Assembly: GCF_006345805.1 (NCBI RefSeq)
Contig: NC_043020.1
Span: 992,001-1,056,000 of the forward strand
Reading direction: 5' to 3'
Source: Octopus sinensis
Taxonomy: Eukaryota
Length of the DNA: 64,000 nt
In this document: positions 11,851 to 25,243 of the stretch, piece after piece
Numbering within the stretch: the first letter of the stretch is position 1
How the letters are laid out: every line of letters starts with the position of its first letter
The notes under the pieces: generated by a model
Told to the model about the DNA's origin: nothing
Seen by the model: only the letters and a program-made list of their open reading frames with translations
Databases searched by the model: none
Translations under genes and position numbers: made by a program

Positions 11851-12379
11851 TCAGTATAAAAGCAGAATACAGGGTATAAGTAGGGCATCTAAACCAAGAT
11901 GGTCAATGAAGGCTTTTAATAACATCTTTCCTCATATCTCCGGAAATTACATCTGCATTATTATGGATGGATTTACCTTCTCTGAGAAGTTAATCATTTA
12001 AAAAAGTTTTTATAAAACATTTTAAGTCTGCTTACAATCTAACTTTGAATTTCATAGAACTATCTTCGATACTTCATGAGGGTAACCTCACTCCCTAGGA
12101 TGTTTGGAAAACTCATGTGTTTTGGCTGATGAATACGGGACATTTGTATTTGCTGTAATATTTGCAGCTTTAAATAAAACTGTTCTTCGTATGAAACAAT
12201 TGTACTGAACAACTAATCCATTCTTGTTGCTTTTTTCTTGTTTATATCTATAAATATATATATAGCTATAAACATGTGAATTCAATAGAACTCACTTGAA
12301 TCTTAATTGTTTATACCGAATATATTCCCATACCGTCTGTATGTTTTTCCGGTACTTAACTTCTCAGCAAGAATGGAAA

Positions 12380-13750
12380 AAAAATAAACATCGAATTTTC
12401 CCCTAAAGACATCCCCTTCCACAGTAAGGACGAATATTATTGGCTACTTATTCATAGGATAAATGACTTCATTAGAAGAATTAGATGGAGAACATATCAC
12501 TTCAATATCAAGAAGAAAAAGAATACTCAAGTAGGGAATACCGATAAGAAGTTCGACAGAATATTTAGAAGCAGAAAGAGTCCACCTCCGAACTCACTCC
12601 TAGAAAATTTTGAAAAGGATCTACTAAACCTCATAGAAGGGATTAAATTCAAGGAACACCCGTTAAGGTACAACCACCACCTCAAGCATCTCAGTAAATT
12701 TATCAAATCGACCCGGAACAAGCAAGGAATACTAGTACCAGCGGATAAAACTGGTAATCTGTATAGAGTAGATTATACACTTCATAGCAAATTAATTAAG
12801 AAGGAACTCAACTCCAAATACAAAACTACTACTAAGGGAAACTTAAAGGAAACAAACTTAGAAATGAAAGCTATTATGGAGAGATATGATCTAACAGACA
12901 GAACTGAACCGATTGTACCGTGCGAACCTAGGATTAATCTCAAGGACCACAAAAGGAATTTCTTAGAAAACCTGTCGGTAAGGCTTATTTGTCCAACTAA
13001 GTCGGATATTGGCCGACTTAGTAAATCTATCCTTGATAGTGTTTTACCCCAAATAACCCCACTTCTTCCCTTAAGTCTATGGATAAATACCGATGAGGTA
13101 CTAAAATGGTTTAACTCCCTAATTAATACCAATAATCTAGCCTTCATTCAATTCGACATAAACAACTATTACTCTAGTATCTCCCCATTTCTATTAAATA
13201 AATCACTTATATTCGCTATGAATCGCTCCCTCATATCTAGAGAAGAAATCGACATTGTACTATTAGCTAGAAAAACATTTATAGAGTTTGAGGGAAAATT
13301 ATGGACCAGAGCAGACACCCCTAATAATTTCGATATACCCATGGGTTCCAGTGATTTGGCTGAGGTAGTAGGCACATATCTATTAAAATGCATAAAAAAG
13401 GAGATCCCGAATTACAAGGTGGTTTATATAGAGATGATGCTTTGTTTGTTGTCCATAGTAATAATAAATCAAACATTGAAAGGATCAAAAAGAAAAATAG
13501 GTTCTTTAAAGATTTCAACCTTAGCATAACCTATGAACCAGGCACTAAAATAGTCAATTTTCTAGATATTACAGTAGACCTTAACTCCAAACTACATTAC
13601 CCATTTAGAAAAGAAGGTGAAATCACTAGTTACGTAAGTAAATTATCTAATCATCCCCCAAATATAATTAATTCTTTAGTTAGAAATATTTCCGTAAGAA
13701 TATCCAAATTATCATCTAATTTTGATATATTTAACTCACACTCAGAGCAT
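12380..13750 (+). mobile_element. Penelope-like family B, N-terminus to RT thumb
   Basis: IRRIRWR, LKDHKRNF..RLICPTKSDIG, GGLYRDD, NFLDITVDL; frameshifts. Confidence 0.88.
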
Positions 13751-13754
13751 TATA

Positions 13755-15380
13755 ATGGAGAGCAGTTTTATGCTATCAAGCAGTGACTCCGAATTTGAAG
13801 GTTTTTCAAGAGAAGATATGGAGATTTCGAGGAGAAGAATGGATGAAGCAGAAAAGCACGTGGTGGATGGATTTGAATCGGATGTTTCAGTATCCGAAAG
13901 CGATTTATCAAAGACTGAAAGTGATTCATCAGAAACTGAAAGCAGCGACACAAAAAGGATAAATTTACACCAGAATGGAGTAACGATTTAAAAAAAGTGT
14001 CGATTAACGATTTTTCTGAGGAGACAGGGTCTACCCATAGTCTTTCTCAGGAAGCGAGAGCAATAGACTTTTCTTTTTTTCCTGTATGCTTGTTTGAAGA
14101 AATAACTGCGGAGACAAACCGTTACGCAGAAAGTAAACAAGCTCGAAAAAAAGATAGCTTGTGGTACCCAACAACCATAGAAGAAATGCGGGCATTTTTT
14201 GCCATAAATACTATTATGGGCATAAGGCAGTTGCCCAGAATTACAAATTACTGGAGCAATCAGGAACTTTTTGGAGATCAGTATGTTTCCAATATAATGA
14301 CCAGAATAAGATTTATAAAACTAAATCAATACTTACACATAAGAGACACTAGCAGTACCCCCGTACGTGGAGAACCAGGCTTTGACCCCATATTTAAAAT
14401 AAGACCCCTCATTGACGGTGTTCAAAATGCCTATAAAAAATTTCACAACCCTGGAAGGTATTTATCCGTCGATGAGGGTGGGCTATAAAGGCTGAGTACA
14501 TTTTCAGCAGTATATGCCAGGAAAGCCCACAAAATGGGGGCTCAAAGTTTGGAAGATGTGCGAATCAAATACAGGGTACTGCTGTGGATTTAGCTTCTAC
14601 ACTGGAAAAAGAGACAATACTGTTAGTCAGCACGGCCTAGGGTATGATGTGGTCTGGAATTTATCTCTTCCATACCATAACCAGGGCCGTATGTTATTTT
14701 TTGACCGATTTTTCAGTTCGGTCAAACTTGCGGAGAATTTAGATACTGTGGCAACACATACATGTGCTACAGTGATCGCTAGTAGAAAAGGACTGCCGTT
14801 GGATATAAAAAAAAAGCAAAATTAAAAAAGAGGTGACATAATCCAACGGCAGAAAGGAAATCTGCTAGCGACCTCATACAGAGATAAGAGGCAGATAAAT
14901 TTTCTATCTACCAGTGCACAACCATGTGTAGATGAAAATGGCACTGTTTGTGAACCTTGATTATAACAAGTACATGGGCGGTGTGGATCGGATGAACCAG
15001 ATGATGAGTTATTATCCGGTTGGTAGACCGGGTAATAAATGGTGGCGATACTTGGTTTGGTATATAGTAAACATGAGCATTGTAAATGCATTTATATTAT
15101 ATACCAAATCAGGAGGGGTTCGCAAGCGGTGCGACCCTCTGCAGTTCCAGGCAGATGTAGCAACGCAGTAGAGGGCAGGATATTTCACCAAAAAAATAAC
15201 TGCAGGAAGGAAAAGCAAAGCCTGCCAGAGAGATATTCCTTTGGGTTCAGCCAATCTACATAAATTAGAAAAAAAAAAAAAAAATCGGGGGGGGGTCGCA
15301 AAAGGCAGTGCCATGAATGTGTACATCAAAAAAAAAAAAAAAAACTCCCAGTGGACGGCCAGTTGAAACGTCCTTCCAAT
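13755..15380 (+). mobile_element. piggyBac (PGBD4-like) transposase, degraded, no TIRs
   Basis: Acidic SDSEFEGF start, LSVDE, YMPGKPTKWGLKVW, FFDRFF, YNKYMGGVD, C-terminal Cys region. Confidence 0.92.
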
Positions 15381-15384
15381 GTGC

Positions 15385-16390
15385 ATTCGCAATGCTAAAG
15401 AACGAGCGTTCTCAAAGGTATATAAAATGTTTGATAGATCTTAAAATATTCGGGAATGTTCGCATAGACTTACAATTAGATGCACGTAAAAATCAAAGCA
15501 TACATCATAATGAGAAAGTTCGACGAAACAGATCCATTCTGCAACGATTGATGGATGTTGTTAATTTTTTAGGCCTCCAGAAATTTTCGTTTCAGGATCA
15601 TTTTGAATGATTGCTCTAATAATCGTGGAAATTATAAAGAACTCGTCTATTTGATCAGTAAATATGACAAAAAATGGAAAGTCATCTAGATACAGCTTCT
15701 ATCTTTACTGGTCTGTCGAACAGAATTCAAAATGACTTGATCGAAGCAATTCATAAAGTTATGTTGAATGAGATGCAGAAGGAAATTGAACAAGCTAAGT
15801 TTGTTTCTATTCTTGTTGATGAGACATCTGATGTCCCAGCATCTTCACAACAGTTTTACGTTATGTTACAGAAGACTGTGTGATGAAAGAACGATTTATC
15901 GGTTTTAGTGATGTTAGTGCAGATCGATCTGCAAATGCTTTAATCTGAACATGTTTTAAATGCATTGAGAGGTGGGAATGTGGAAACAAATTGATTGTAC
16001 AGACATATGATGGTGCCGCTACAATGGCAGGACAATTAATGGGTTACAGGCAAAAGTAAAAAAGAAATATGGATGTGCAATCTTTATTCATTGTTGTGCC
16101 CATATCCTAAATTTAGTTCTTTCACAATCATGCTCTGCTATGAAAGAATGCAAGATATATTTTTCTACAATAAACGGACTCGGTACATTTTTTTACGAAA
16201 CCACCGAAAAGGGTTAATGCATTAGATAACTTTGTTAAAAAAAGATTTCTGAAAGCAACAGCAACTAGATGGAATTACTCCTCACGTCTTATTATTACCA
16301 CAAAGGAAAATTATAATTTCATAATCAGCCTTTTTGAACACATCATTGAAAATCCTGAAGCATGGGATGATACTGTAACATGGCAGTTTC
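15385..16390 (+). mobile_element. hAT-type (ZMYM1/DUF4371-like) transposase fragment
   Basis: KVRRNRSIL, NRGNYKEL, SNRIQNDLIEAI, FVSILVDETSD, QTYDGAATM, TRWN. Confidence 0.88.
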
Positions 16391-16501
16391 AGCCATTTTG
16401 AAATATGACTATAGCGATTTCTAATATCGTCACTGTTGAAAGGCAAGGCAAGAAATGATCTCGTTTGAGGTTACAGCCATCTTTGGCCAACTAGTTCCTG
16501 T

Positions 16502-18425
16502 TGTAAACACTAACCTGATTGGTTGACACGTGACGCGATTTGTCTCTACTTATTTCGTGCCACCATCCCGAAATAACCAATCACGGCCTTTGGTTAAGAT
16601 TCCGTTTTTGAGGCTCATTTGAGCCAACCAACCGGTATATAAAGGAGTGTTTTCAGACACTTTTCGTCTTTTAGTTCCAGTTCTTCTAAGAACTAACTTT
16701 AGGTCACAGCGTTACTCAACCAAGCGATATACGATTGTTCCGGCTACTACCGGCTACGCTAATGTACACAATCATAGAAAGCCTACTATCTTCCCCGTCG
16801 CCACCATCATGTACCTTCTATGCCAGCCGCATTCACCCCGATTGTCCTGTCACACACACGAACACACAGACACAAGACATGCGAACGCTTACAAACTCCA
16901 AACGTTGACACGATCGTGAAATAAATAATATTTAAATCTCAACAGCAAGACTTGTCAATTCACTTATGTTCTATTGTTACTGCATGTATTTATGGCTTGT
17001 AATAATTCATTAAGAGTAGAACCACGTGCGATCGTATTTCCTACACGATACGACCACATGCGATCCTATTGCTTACACTGGTGACCCCTCAAATACGCAG
17101 CCATTCGTATATACTACGCAGCCAATAATAAGCATAAGTACAGAATTATCGACACAGAAGAAGCTGAAGAAAGAACTTTTTTTTTTTTTTAAAGAAACAA
17201 AAACAAAATATATATATTCACAAAAATAATGGAGCAGGAAAAAAAAGAACCCGAGTCATCGTACTTCGACAGAAGTCACATACAAGCTTCTGTCAATGTA
17301 CTGAATTGTCCCCCGTGGACTGGAGACACACTAATTTGGTTGGCGCAACTAGAGGCAAGCTTTAAAGCCAACAGAATAATGAATGAGGAGCAGAAGTACA
17401 ACATCAGGCTTAGCAATTTGCCTCCACCTCTAAGCAATGAAATCAGGGATCTGTTACTGAACCCTATGGAGCCAGTTTTGTATTCTTCGATTAAAGAAGA
17501 AATATTGAAGCGTACGTCAAGTTCGAAGCAAAAAGAATTCGCAAAATTATTTAACAACGAAGAGCTGGGTAGTAGAAAACCCACGCAACTGTTACGAAGG
17601 ATGAACAAAGTGCTGGGGAATCAGCAAATAGAGGAATCGTACAGCAAAGAGGTATTTTTCAATAAACTGCCGTACAAAACCCAAACTTAGCTCTCGGCCG
17701 TAAAAAACCAGAATTCAATTCAACAGTTGGCGGATCTCGCAGACGGTATTTTGGAGTTATCGTCTAGAGAAACTATTAGTGCGATTCCATCTATTTCGAG
17801 TGAAATACAAGAGTTGAAAAAATGTTACGAGAAACAATTCGAAGTATTAACGAAGAAAATAGAGAACTTACAACTTGAGAGAAACGGCTGCTCCAATCAA
17901 CAAAAAAATACAAGATGGCGCAGGAGATCGAAGAGCCCTAGCTTGAAAAGAAACGCCATATGCTGGTACCACGCTAAATGCGGAGAAAATTCTTTCAAAT
18001 GCATCAAACCCTGTGCATTTGATTTCCTTGCTAAAAAGGAAAAAAAGGAAAATTCGGAAAACTTCTAAACCATAGATTGGAGGCAACGAAGTCTGTGGAT
18101 AACATAAAAAGTCGTGTGTTTTTCATCTACAACCTGAACTCGAAAGAAAGATTTCTCATGGATACAGGAGCAGCGTGTTCAATAGGGCCTGTAAGGCTCT
18201 TAAAACAGAAAACCAAACCTGTGTATATGACGCTTCAAGCGGTGAACCAGTCTGAAATCCAAACATTTGGAGAGATTAGCTTGACGCTCGATATAAATTT
18301 ACGAAGAGAGTACAAATGGATCTTCAGAGTAGCAGATTTACCATATCCAATATTAGGAGCGGATTTTTTGGCAAACTATCATTTAACGGTAGATGTGAAC
18401 AAACAAAAATTAATAGACACACAAA
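16502..18425 (+). mobile_element. Gypsy 5' LTR (about 16502-17077), tRNA-Trp PBS, gag and protease; truncated
   Basis: TGTAA...TTACA, TATATAAAG, AATAAA, TGGTGACCCC PBS; gag WLAQLEASF..LGSRKPTQLLRRM; protease FLMDTGAACS. Confidence 0.88.
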
Positions 18426-18429
18426 CTTC

Positions 18430-19680
18430 CCCAAGAACACCCAACACGTCAAGGACGACGTTTCTGAATTCTGCAGAAAACTTCATTTAACAGAAGCTCT
18501 GACAGATCTCAACAATGGGGACGATTCATTGATCAAAAACAAAAGTAACTTCCTACCATCAAAAGGAAGAAATAAAGCACTGGACGATTTTTGCAAACAC
18601 ATCTAGAGTCTGCCCTTTACCCCAGGCAAAACCAAGGTAAAACCCAATTTCAGTAGGGAGGAATGGAAAAACCTACGTGACCTACAACTGGACAAAAACC
18701 TTACCATCAAAGAAGCCGACAAAGGGAGCTCTGTGGTCCTTATGGACACGGAGTTTTATAAACACCTAGTGCTTTCCATGCTAAACAACAACACTTTCTA
18801 TGAGGTTATTAACAACTATAAACAACAAAAAACAATCAAAAACCTCACCACACTCATACTCCAACACGGTCAGGGACTCACCAAAAGAGAAAAGGGATCA
18901 TATCACCAGTTTCAAGTGCAAGCCTAGCCTTTTTCATGGCGTTCCTAAAATCCATAAAAGCAAATACATCACCGAAGCCTGCAAACTCTCCTCTGACATC
19001 CACATCAACATCAAAGCACCGGAGGACCTAAAACTAAGGCCCATCGTGGCTGGCACCTCCTGTGAAACACACCACTTGAGTAATTTCCTAGACATCCTTT
19101 TGAAACCTCTTCTTACTCATTTCAAAAGTTTCATTAGGGATGATCTGGACATGCTCAAGCACCTCCCGAAAACAGCTAACGAGGAGGCACTCCTGGTGTC
19201 CTTTGATGTCATCAACCTCTACACCAATATCCCACATGAATATGGTATTGAGGCAATTGATTTCTGGCTAGAGAAACACCCAGAGGCATTCCCTGACCGC
19301 ATTCATAAGACCTTCATTACGGAATCACTCAAGTTCATTCTGACAAACGATTATTTCCTCTTCGATAACACACACCACCATCAAAAATGTGGTATGGCGA
19401 TGGGTACCAAGGCTGCGCCGGTCCTTGCGAACCTCATAATGGGCTTCTTCGAACTATCACTCTATGAAATATCACGCCAGAAATTTGGACACGTTTTCCA
19501 CATCTACATAATGGAAAACTGGAAAAGGTATTTGGATGATTGTTTCATCATATGGAAAGAATCTTATGAAAAGCTTCTGGAATTCAAAACCATACTGAAC
19601 AACATACATCCCAACATCCAATACACTATGGAATTCAGCAAACATCATCTCCCTTTCCTTGATCTCCTAATTATAAAAAC
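18430..19680 (+). mobile_element. Penelope family A RT fragment (diverged subfamily)
   Basis: IKEADKGSSVV, PKIHK, LRPIVAG, SFDVINLYTNIP, RYLDD, LPFLD. Confidence 0.9.
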
Positions 19681-19684
19681 ACCT

Positions 19685-22600
19685 AACAACCAAAAAACTG
19701 GGAACTGGTATAAGTTGGACTACCAACACTACAGATCTCTCATCATGAGAGAGCTTAACAAAAAATATAAGACCACATCTACAGATAATCTTAAAGAAAT
19801 CAACTATAAAATCAAAGTAATGACTAAATTGGACCTCCTAGACAGAACGGAACCGATCAAACCTCAGGAACCTAAAATCAGCATTAAGGACCACAAGAAA
19901 AATTTCCTGGATAACGTAGGAATATGGTTAATCTGTCCGACTAAATCGGATATAGGCAGACTCAGTAAGACCATTCTAGACAAGGTGATCCCACGCATCA
20001 AACCCCACATCCCACTCCACCTATGGATTAACACCGACGATGTGCTGGAGTGGTTTAACACAATCACTAACAGACCCAACTAGTCGTTCATTCAGTTTGA
20101 CATAGCTAACTACTACGCCAGTATATCCCCATTCTTGCTTAACAAATCCCTTATATATGCCCGCAACCTTCCGCTTATAGACAGGGAAAAGATCGACATA
20201 ATACTATTAGCCAGAAAAACTATAATAGAATTCGACTGTAAACTTTGGACCAGATCCGATACCCCTGAAAACTTTGATGCGGCTATGGGCTCGAGCGATT
20301 CAGCTCAGGTGACTGGCTTGGTCGGGGCCTACCTTCTCAAGAAGCTATTCTCCGATGTACCGGACCTACAGGGTGGTCTCTACAGGGATGACGCTCTCTT
20401 CATATACCCCATTAATAATAAGAGTAAACTAGAAAGAATTAGGAAAAAGATCAGACTATTCTTCAAATCCTTCAATCTAAAACAAGAATTTATGACTAAC
20501 ACGAAAATAGTAAACTTCTTAGATGTTACGTTAGACTTGAACAAGCACCTTCACCACTCGTATAGGAAACCCGAAGAAACAACTAGATACATCCGCACCT
20601 CTTCCAACCACCCACCCTGTATAATTAACACCACGGTCCAAGCCATCTCACTAAGCTATCCTCCAACAGAGATATATTCAATGGTTACGCACACCACTAC
20701 AACCAGGCTCTCTAGTGCTGGGTATACCCAGGGAATACCCTATGTAGACCCTCCAGGAACGTCCGTCAGCTGTAAAAATCCCACTTATCAGCGAACTCCA
20801 TATTCCAGAACTACTCATTTAAGATCCAAAGGATTTCTTGCATCCGCTTAAGAACGATGATAGTCTTATTGTGCCCGCCAACAAAACTGGGAACTGGTAT
20901 AAGTTGGACGACCAACACTACAGATCGCTCATCATGAGAGAGCTTAACAAAAAATATAAGACTCCATCTACAGATAACCTTAAAGAAATCAACTATAAAA
21001 TCAAAGAAGTAATGACTAAATTGGACCTCCTAGACAGAACCGAACCGATCAAACCTCAGGAACCTAAAATCAGCATTAAGGACCACAAGAAAAATTTCCC
21101 GGATAACATAGGAGTACGGTTAATCTGTCCGACTAAATCGGACATAGACTCAGTAAGACTATTCTAGACGAGGTGATCCTACGCATCAAACCCCACATCC
21201 CACTCCACCTATGGATTAACACCGATGATGTGCTGGAGTGGTTTAACACAATCACTAACAGACCCAACTAGTCGTTCATTCAGTTTGACATAGCTAACTA
21301 CTACGCCAGTATATCCCCATTCTTGCTTAACAAATCCCTTATATATGCCCGCAACCTTTCGTTTATAGACAGGGAAAAGATCGACATTATTCTATTAGCC
21401 AGAAAAAACTATAATAGAATTCGACTGTAAACTTTGGACCAGATCCGATACCCTCGAGCGATTCAAACCTCAGGAACCTAAAATCAGCATTAAGGACCAC
21501 AAGAAAAATTTCCCTGATAACGTAGGAGTACGGTTAATCTGTCCGACTAAATCGGACATAGGCAGACTCAGTAAGACTATTCTAGACAAGGTGATACCCA
21601 GGGAATATCCTATGTAGACCCTCCAGGAACGTCCGTCAGCTGTAAAAGTCCCACTTCGTATTCCAGAGCTAATCGTTTAAGATCTGAACAAACTCGACTA
21701 GATATTGGTAATAACAACACAGCCCAAGCTAACACTAATTCTAATTTAACTTCCAACAGAACTAAGCAACGTATAGAAGGAAGGCGAACCAATGGAATAG
21801 TACGCAATGAAAACCCTTCCGACGAGAGTAACACCGATCATATTAGGGGAAATAGAGGCGGAAACAGTAGATTACGTAATTATATATGATACAACACACC
21901 ATACAACATAGCAGTTACGGGTAAATTATGTAAGAGAATATTCTCTATTATTTCCAACAACTTCCCACCCATCCATAAGTATAGAAGTATCTTCTCTAAC
22001 AAAACCATTAGGATCTCCTACACTACCCTGCCAAACATGGACTGCCTCATAGCTAAGCATAACAATATTAACATTAGAACAGCTAGATTAGGAGCAGGTT
22101 ATTATGACCAATTGAACCCCATTCATCCATGCAGTAGTCAATATAATCGGGCTGGCAACCATAATACCCGAACCGCTAGTACTAACATCCGTCACCCCAA
22201 CAGAAGCAGCACTACACCCATCAACAATATATAGGAGCACTCCGTTGGTTGCGACGATGAGGGTCCCAGCTGATATGATCAACGGAACAGCCTGCTCGTG
22301 AAATTAACGTGTAAGTGGCTGAGCACTCCACAGACACGTGTACCCTTAACGTAATTCTCAGGAAGATTCAGTGTGACACACAGAATGTGACAAAGCTGGC
22401 CCTTTGAAATACAGGTACAAGAGAAACGGGAAGAAAGAGCGAGAGAAAGTTGTGGTGAAAGAGTACAGCAGGGTTCACCACCACCCCCTGCCGGAGCTCA
22501 ATAAACACTCACAATGCCCGACCCATCAACAATATACCTCAGGAGGATAACATTGCTCCTACATTTAATGCAGCACCTCCGCCCACTTTGAGTAATAGAA

Positions 22601-22790
22601 TTAATAATAATAATAATTACAACGCTGAACAAAGTCCCAACAATATAGACCAAAACATCTTAAGCATCACCAACAGCGAGAGTAGCAGTATCAATGATAA
22701 GGCGACTAACAGTCTTTCCGCCCACCACAGGGGAGACGCAAGATTTAGTAATCCACTAAATTTATGTCATACTAACAATAAGCAAAGAGA
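19685..22790 (+). mobile_element. Penelope family B, scrambled tandem partial duplications plus C-terminal part
   Basis: The KTGNWYKLD...RLICPTKSDIG block recurs at 19690, 20880 and 21460; GGLYRDD; WYNTPYN; N/T/S-rich inserts. Confidence 0.88.
22232..22520 (-). mobile_element. 5'-truncated tRNA-derived SINE with a 16-bp TSD
   Basis: ACCCATCAACAATATA at 22216-22231 and 22521-22536; reverse complement matches the SINE at 60031-60318. Confidence 0.88.
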
Positions 22791-22909
22791 ATCCAAATAA
22801 GGAAGGGGTCACATATGTAATATAGTTATTAAAAGATCAGAGATCAAAAGGGTTAAGGCAGTGATTCCATCCCAATTTTTAAAATGTTTTTTAAAATTAC
22901 TTTTTAAGT

Positions 22910-23435
22910 CCTGTGGGTGCTTCTGTTGAATTGGTATGTACTCAAATTGAAGAATGGGATCACATGGTGCGATGCTAGCAGCATGGTGATGGGAGTTGTC
23001 TGGGAAATTGGAGGTGCCGTGGTGGAGGATGCAGCCTGGCTAAGGAAGATGGACGACTGCAAACACATCAACGTGGCAAACTTGGATGCCGAGTTGAAGG
23101 GAGTGAACCTGGCCTTGAGGTGGGGGCTTCGTATCTTCAACAGTCAGACCGATTCAGCAACTGTACTTAGATGGGTGGGATCAGTGACCACCAGTGAGTG
23201 GAGGGTATGAACCAAAGGGAGTGCAGAGATGCCAAGATGCCATTTGGGGACTCTTGGTGGGTTAGGCGCAGAGTCTGACCTGAGGCCCAAGTGTGGTTTT
23301 TGTGCCCTCTGAAAGGAACAAAGACGTCCTGAGCAGAGTAAAGAAAGCCTGGTTGCAGGTGCCAGAGGATCTGGAGCAAGGAGTGTCTGCAGTGTGTCAA
23401 CTAAGTGACTCGGACCTCAGGAGACTGCATACCAT
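22910..23435 (+). mobile_element. LTR retrotransposon RNase H fragment
   Basis: WCDASS..GVVWEIGGAVVEDAAWLRK..HINVANLDAELKGVNLAL..TDSATV. Confidence 0.75.
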
Positions 23436-23735
23436 GCAGAAATCTGGAAGAATGGAGGTCCAATGCTCCATGATGTTCCTGTCTGCTGCCGGGCACAGGG
23501 CAAGCTGCCACAGGATCTTTGCCAGACCGTCATCATAACCCTGTACAAGAACAAGGTTGAAAAGTCTGACTGCTCCAATAACCAGGGAATCACCCAACTC
23601 TCCATCGCTGGCAAAGTACTTGCCAGGATCCTGCTCAAGAGGCTAGTACCAACCATCGCTGAAGAAAACCTCCCCGAGAGCCAGTGTGGCTTCAGAGCCA
23701 ACAGAGGCATGAAAGATATGGTGTTCACAATTTTG
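23436..23735 (+). mobile_element. RTE-clade LINE RT fragment
   Basis: IITLYKNK.EKSDCSN.QGI..LSIAGKVLARILL.RL...ESQCGFRANRG..DMVF. Confidence 0.9.
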
Positions 23736-24197
23736 TAGGTAAAGAACTTTGAGAAACTGAAGTTTACATGAAACCGGTTTTTCTCCAAAAACTATGTTAT
23801 TATAACACAAAATTTTATAACATCTTTCTAACATAACGACTTAAATATATTCTTTAACCTTATAACACAAGCCTTCTGTAGTTTGTTCACTCTTTTCTAT
23901 TTTCTATACATCCAACCACGTGCTTTCACACACCAACTTTCTCACCTATATATAAAACACGCGAGACCGAAATTGCCGCAGAAGACTAATACTTTGGATA
24001 AAACTACAAATGAGGACATACTTAAAGAACTTAAAAGTATTAATACACAACTCATTACCTTAAATAACAAAATCGAGGACTCAAATCTACTCACCCGGGA
24101 AAGGAAAAACAGTGAAGATACAACTCGCTACACTTGACCAGGTTAGTAAGGATTTACAACTTTTATGCACAACCCTCGACTCAATAATATTCATTAA

Positions 24198-24680
24198 CCC
24201 TTTAGTGTTCAAACCGGCCGTAGCCGGCCAAAATTAATTCCCCTTTAATTGTTCAAACCGGCCAAATCCGGCTGTATCCGACCGCCCTACGAAATCGCTA
24301 AAAAAATAAACAATTCACGTTATTAAATTCTCGTAGCTTTGAGACAATGCGAGACGAAGCCTTTCCCGCGTTTATTCAAGTATAAATACTGTGAAATTGT
24401 TTTACACCACATGGTTATTTCTACGTTTGTTGTGAAAGAAATGGCATCAGCAAGTAGCGATTCCGACTTTGAAGGTTTTACTATTGATGATATTGAAGAT
24501 ATCTGCGGGATGAAAAGCAAAATTAACTGAGGTGGATGCCAACAGAGAAAATATTGACTTTCATCAAGTCGGAAAAAAATAAACGGACGGAAAAAAGTTT
24601 GCAGACTGTTCGCAGCAAAAAAGAAAAACTGCAAAAGGGTACCAGATCAAGACCTCATATATGTGTTCGTTTTGGCAAGT
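24198..24680 (+). mobile_element. piggyBac left end plus ORF start joined to the C-terminal Cys-rich region (internal deletion)
   Basis: TTAA|CCCTTTAG terminus, subterminal CCGGCC repeats, MASASSDSDFEGF, then DCSQQKRKT..KTSYMC. Confidence 0.8.
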
Positions 24681-24689
24681 GCCCTTGCT

Positions 24690-25140
24690 TAAAGAGAGCA
24701 GCCCGGCTGGCATTTGTGAATGGGTTCCCCGACGATGCAGGGATTCACCTACAACGACTGCCCGGGATTAAAAAGATGGCGCTGAGCGAACTCGTGGCTC
24801 AGGCCCACGTGTTGACGCGACACTCTGGGCGGAAGGCGATAGCGAAGGCGCGTAAAGAGGGACGACAACCGGAGATAGACGTACAGAAGCTTACCATGCA
24901 ATGAGAGCGGCCGTTCTCAGGATGGTGTTTTAGATGCCAGGGACAGCACGACGCGGGACTGTACGCAGCCGGGGCCCGTTTGTGTAAAAATAGGGGAGGA
25001 AGTCTGGGTCAAGCTGTACGTCTCAATGGAGCAGAGGAAAGGTGACGGCGGTCAATTCCAGAAACAACGTATCCGTAGATGGAATGCCACGACACGTCTT
25101 GGACCTTCGTAGGATTGTCGCTTCGACGGACGACGATTCT
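24690..25140 (+). mobile_element. Fragment of the gag-only LTR family (copy A)
   Basis: Closely similar to about 25910-26370, including the gag-to-integrase-tail junction. Confidence 0.88.
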
Positions 25141-25243
25141 GGAGATTCTTGGACAATTTCACGACAGAAATAGGCCATAAATGGCGTCAGCAAGTAGCGA
25201 TTCCGACTTTGAAGGTTTTACTATTGATGATATTGAAGATATC

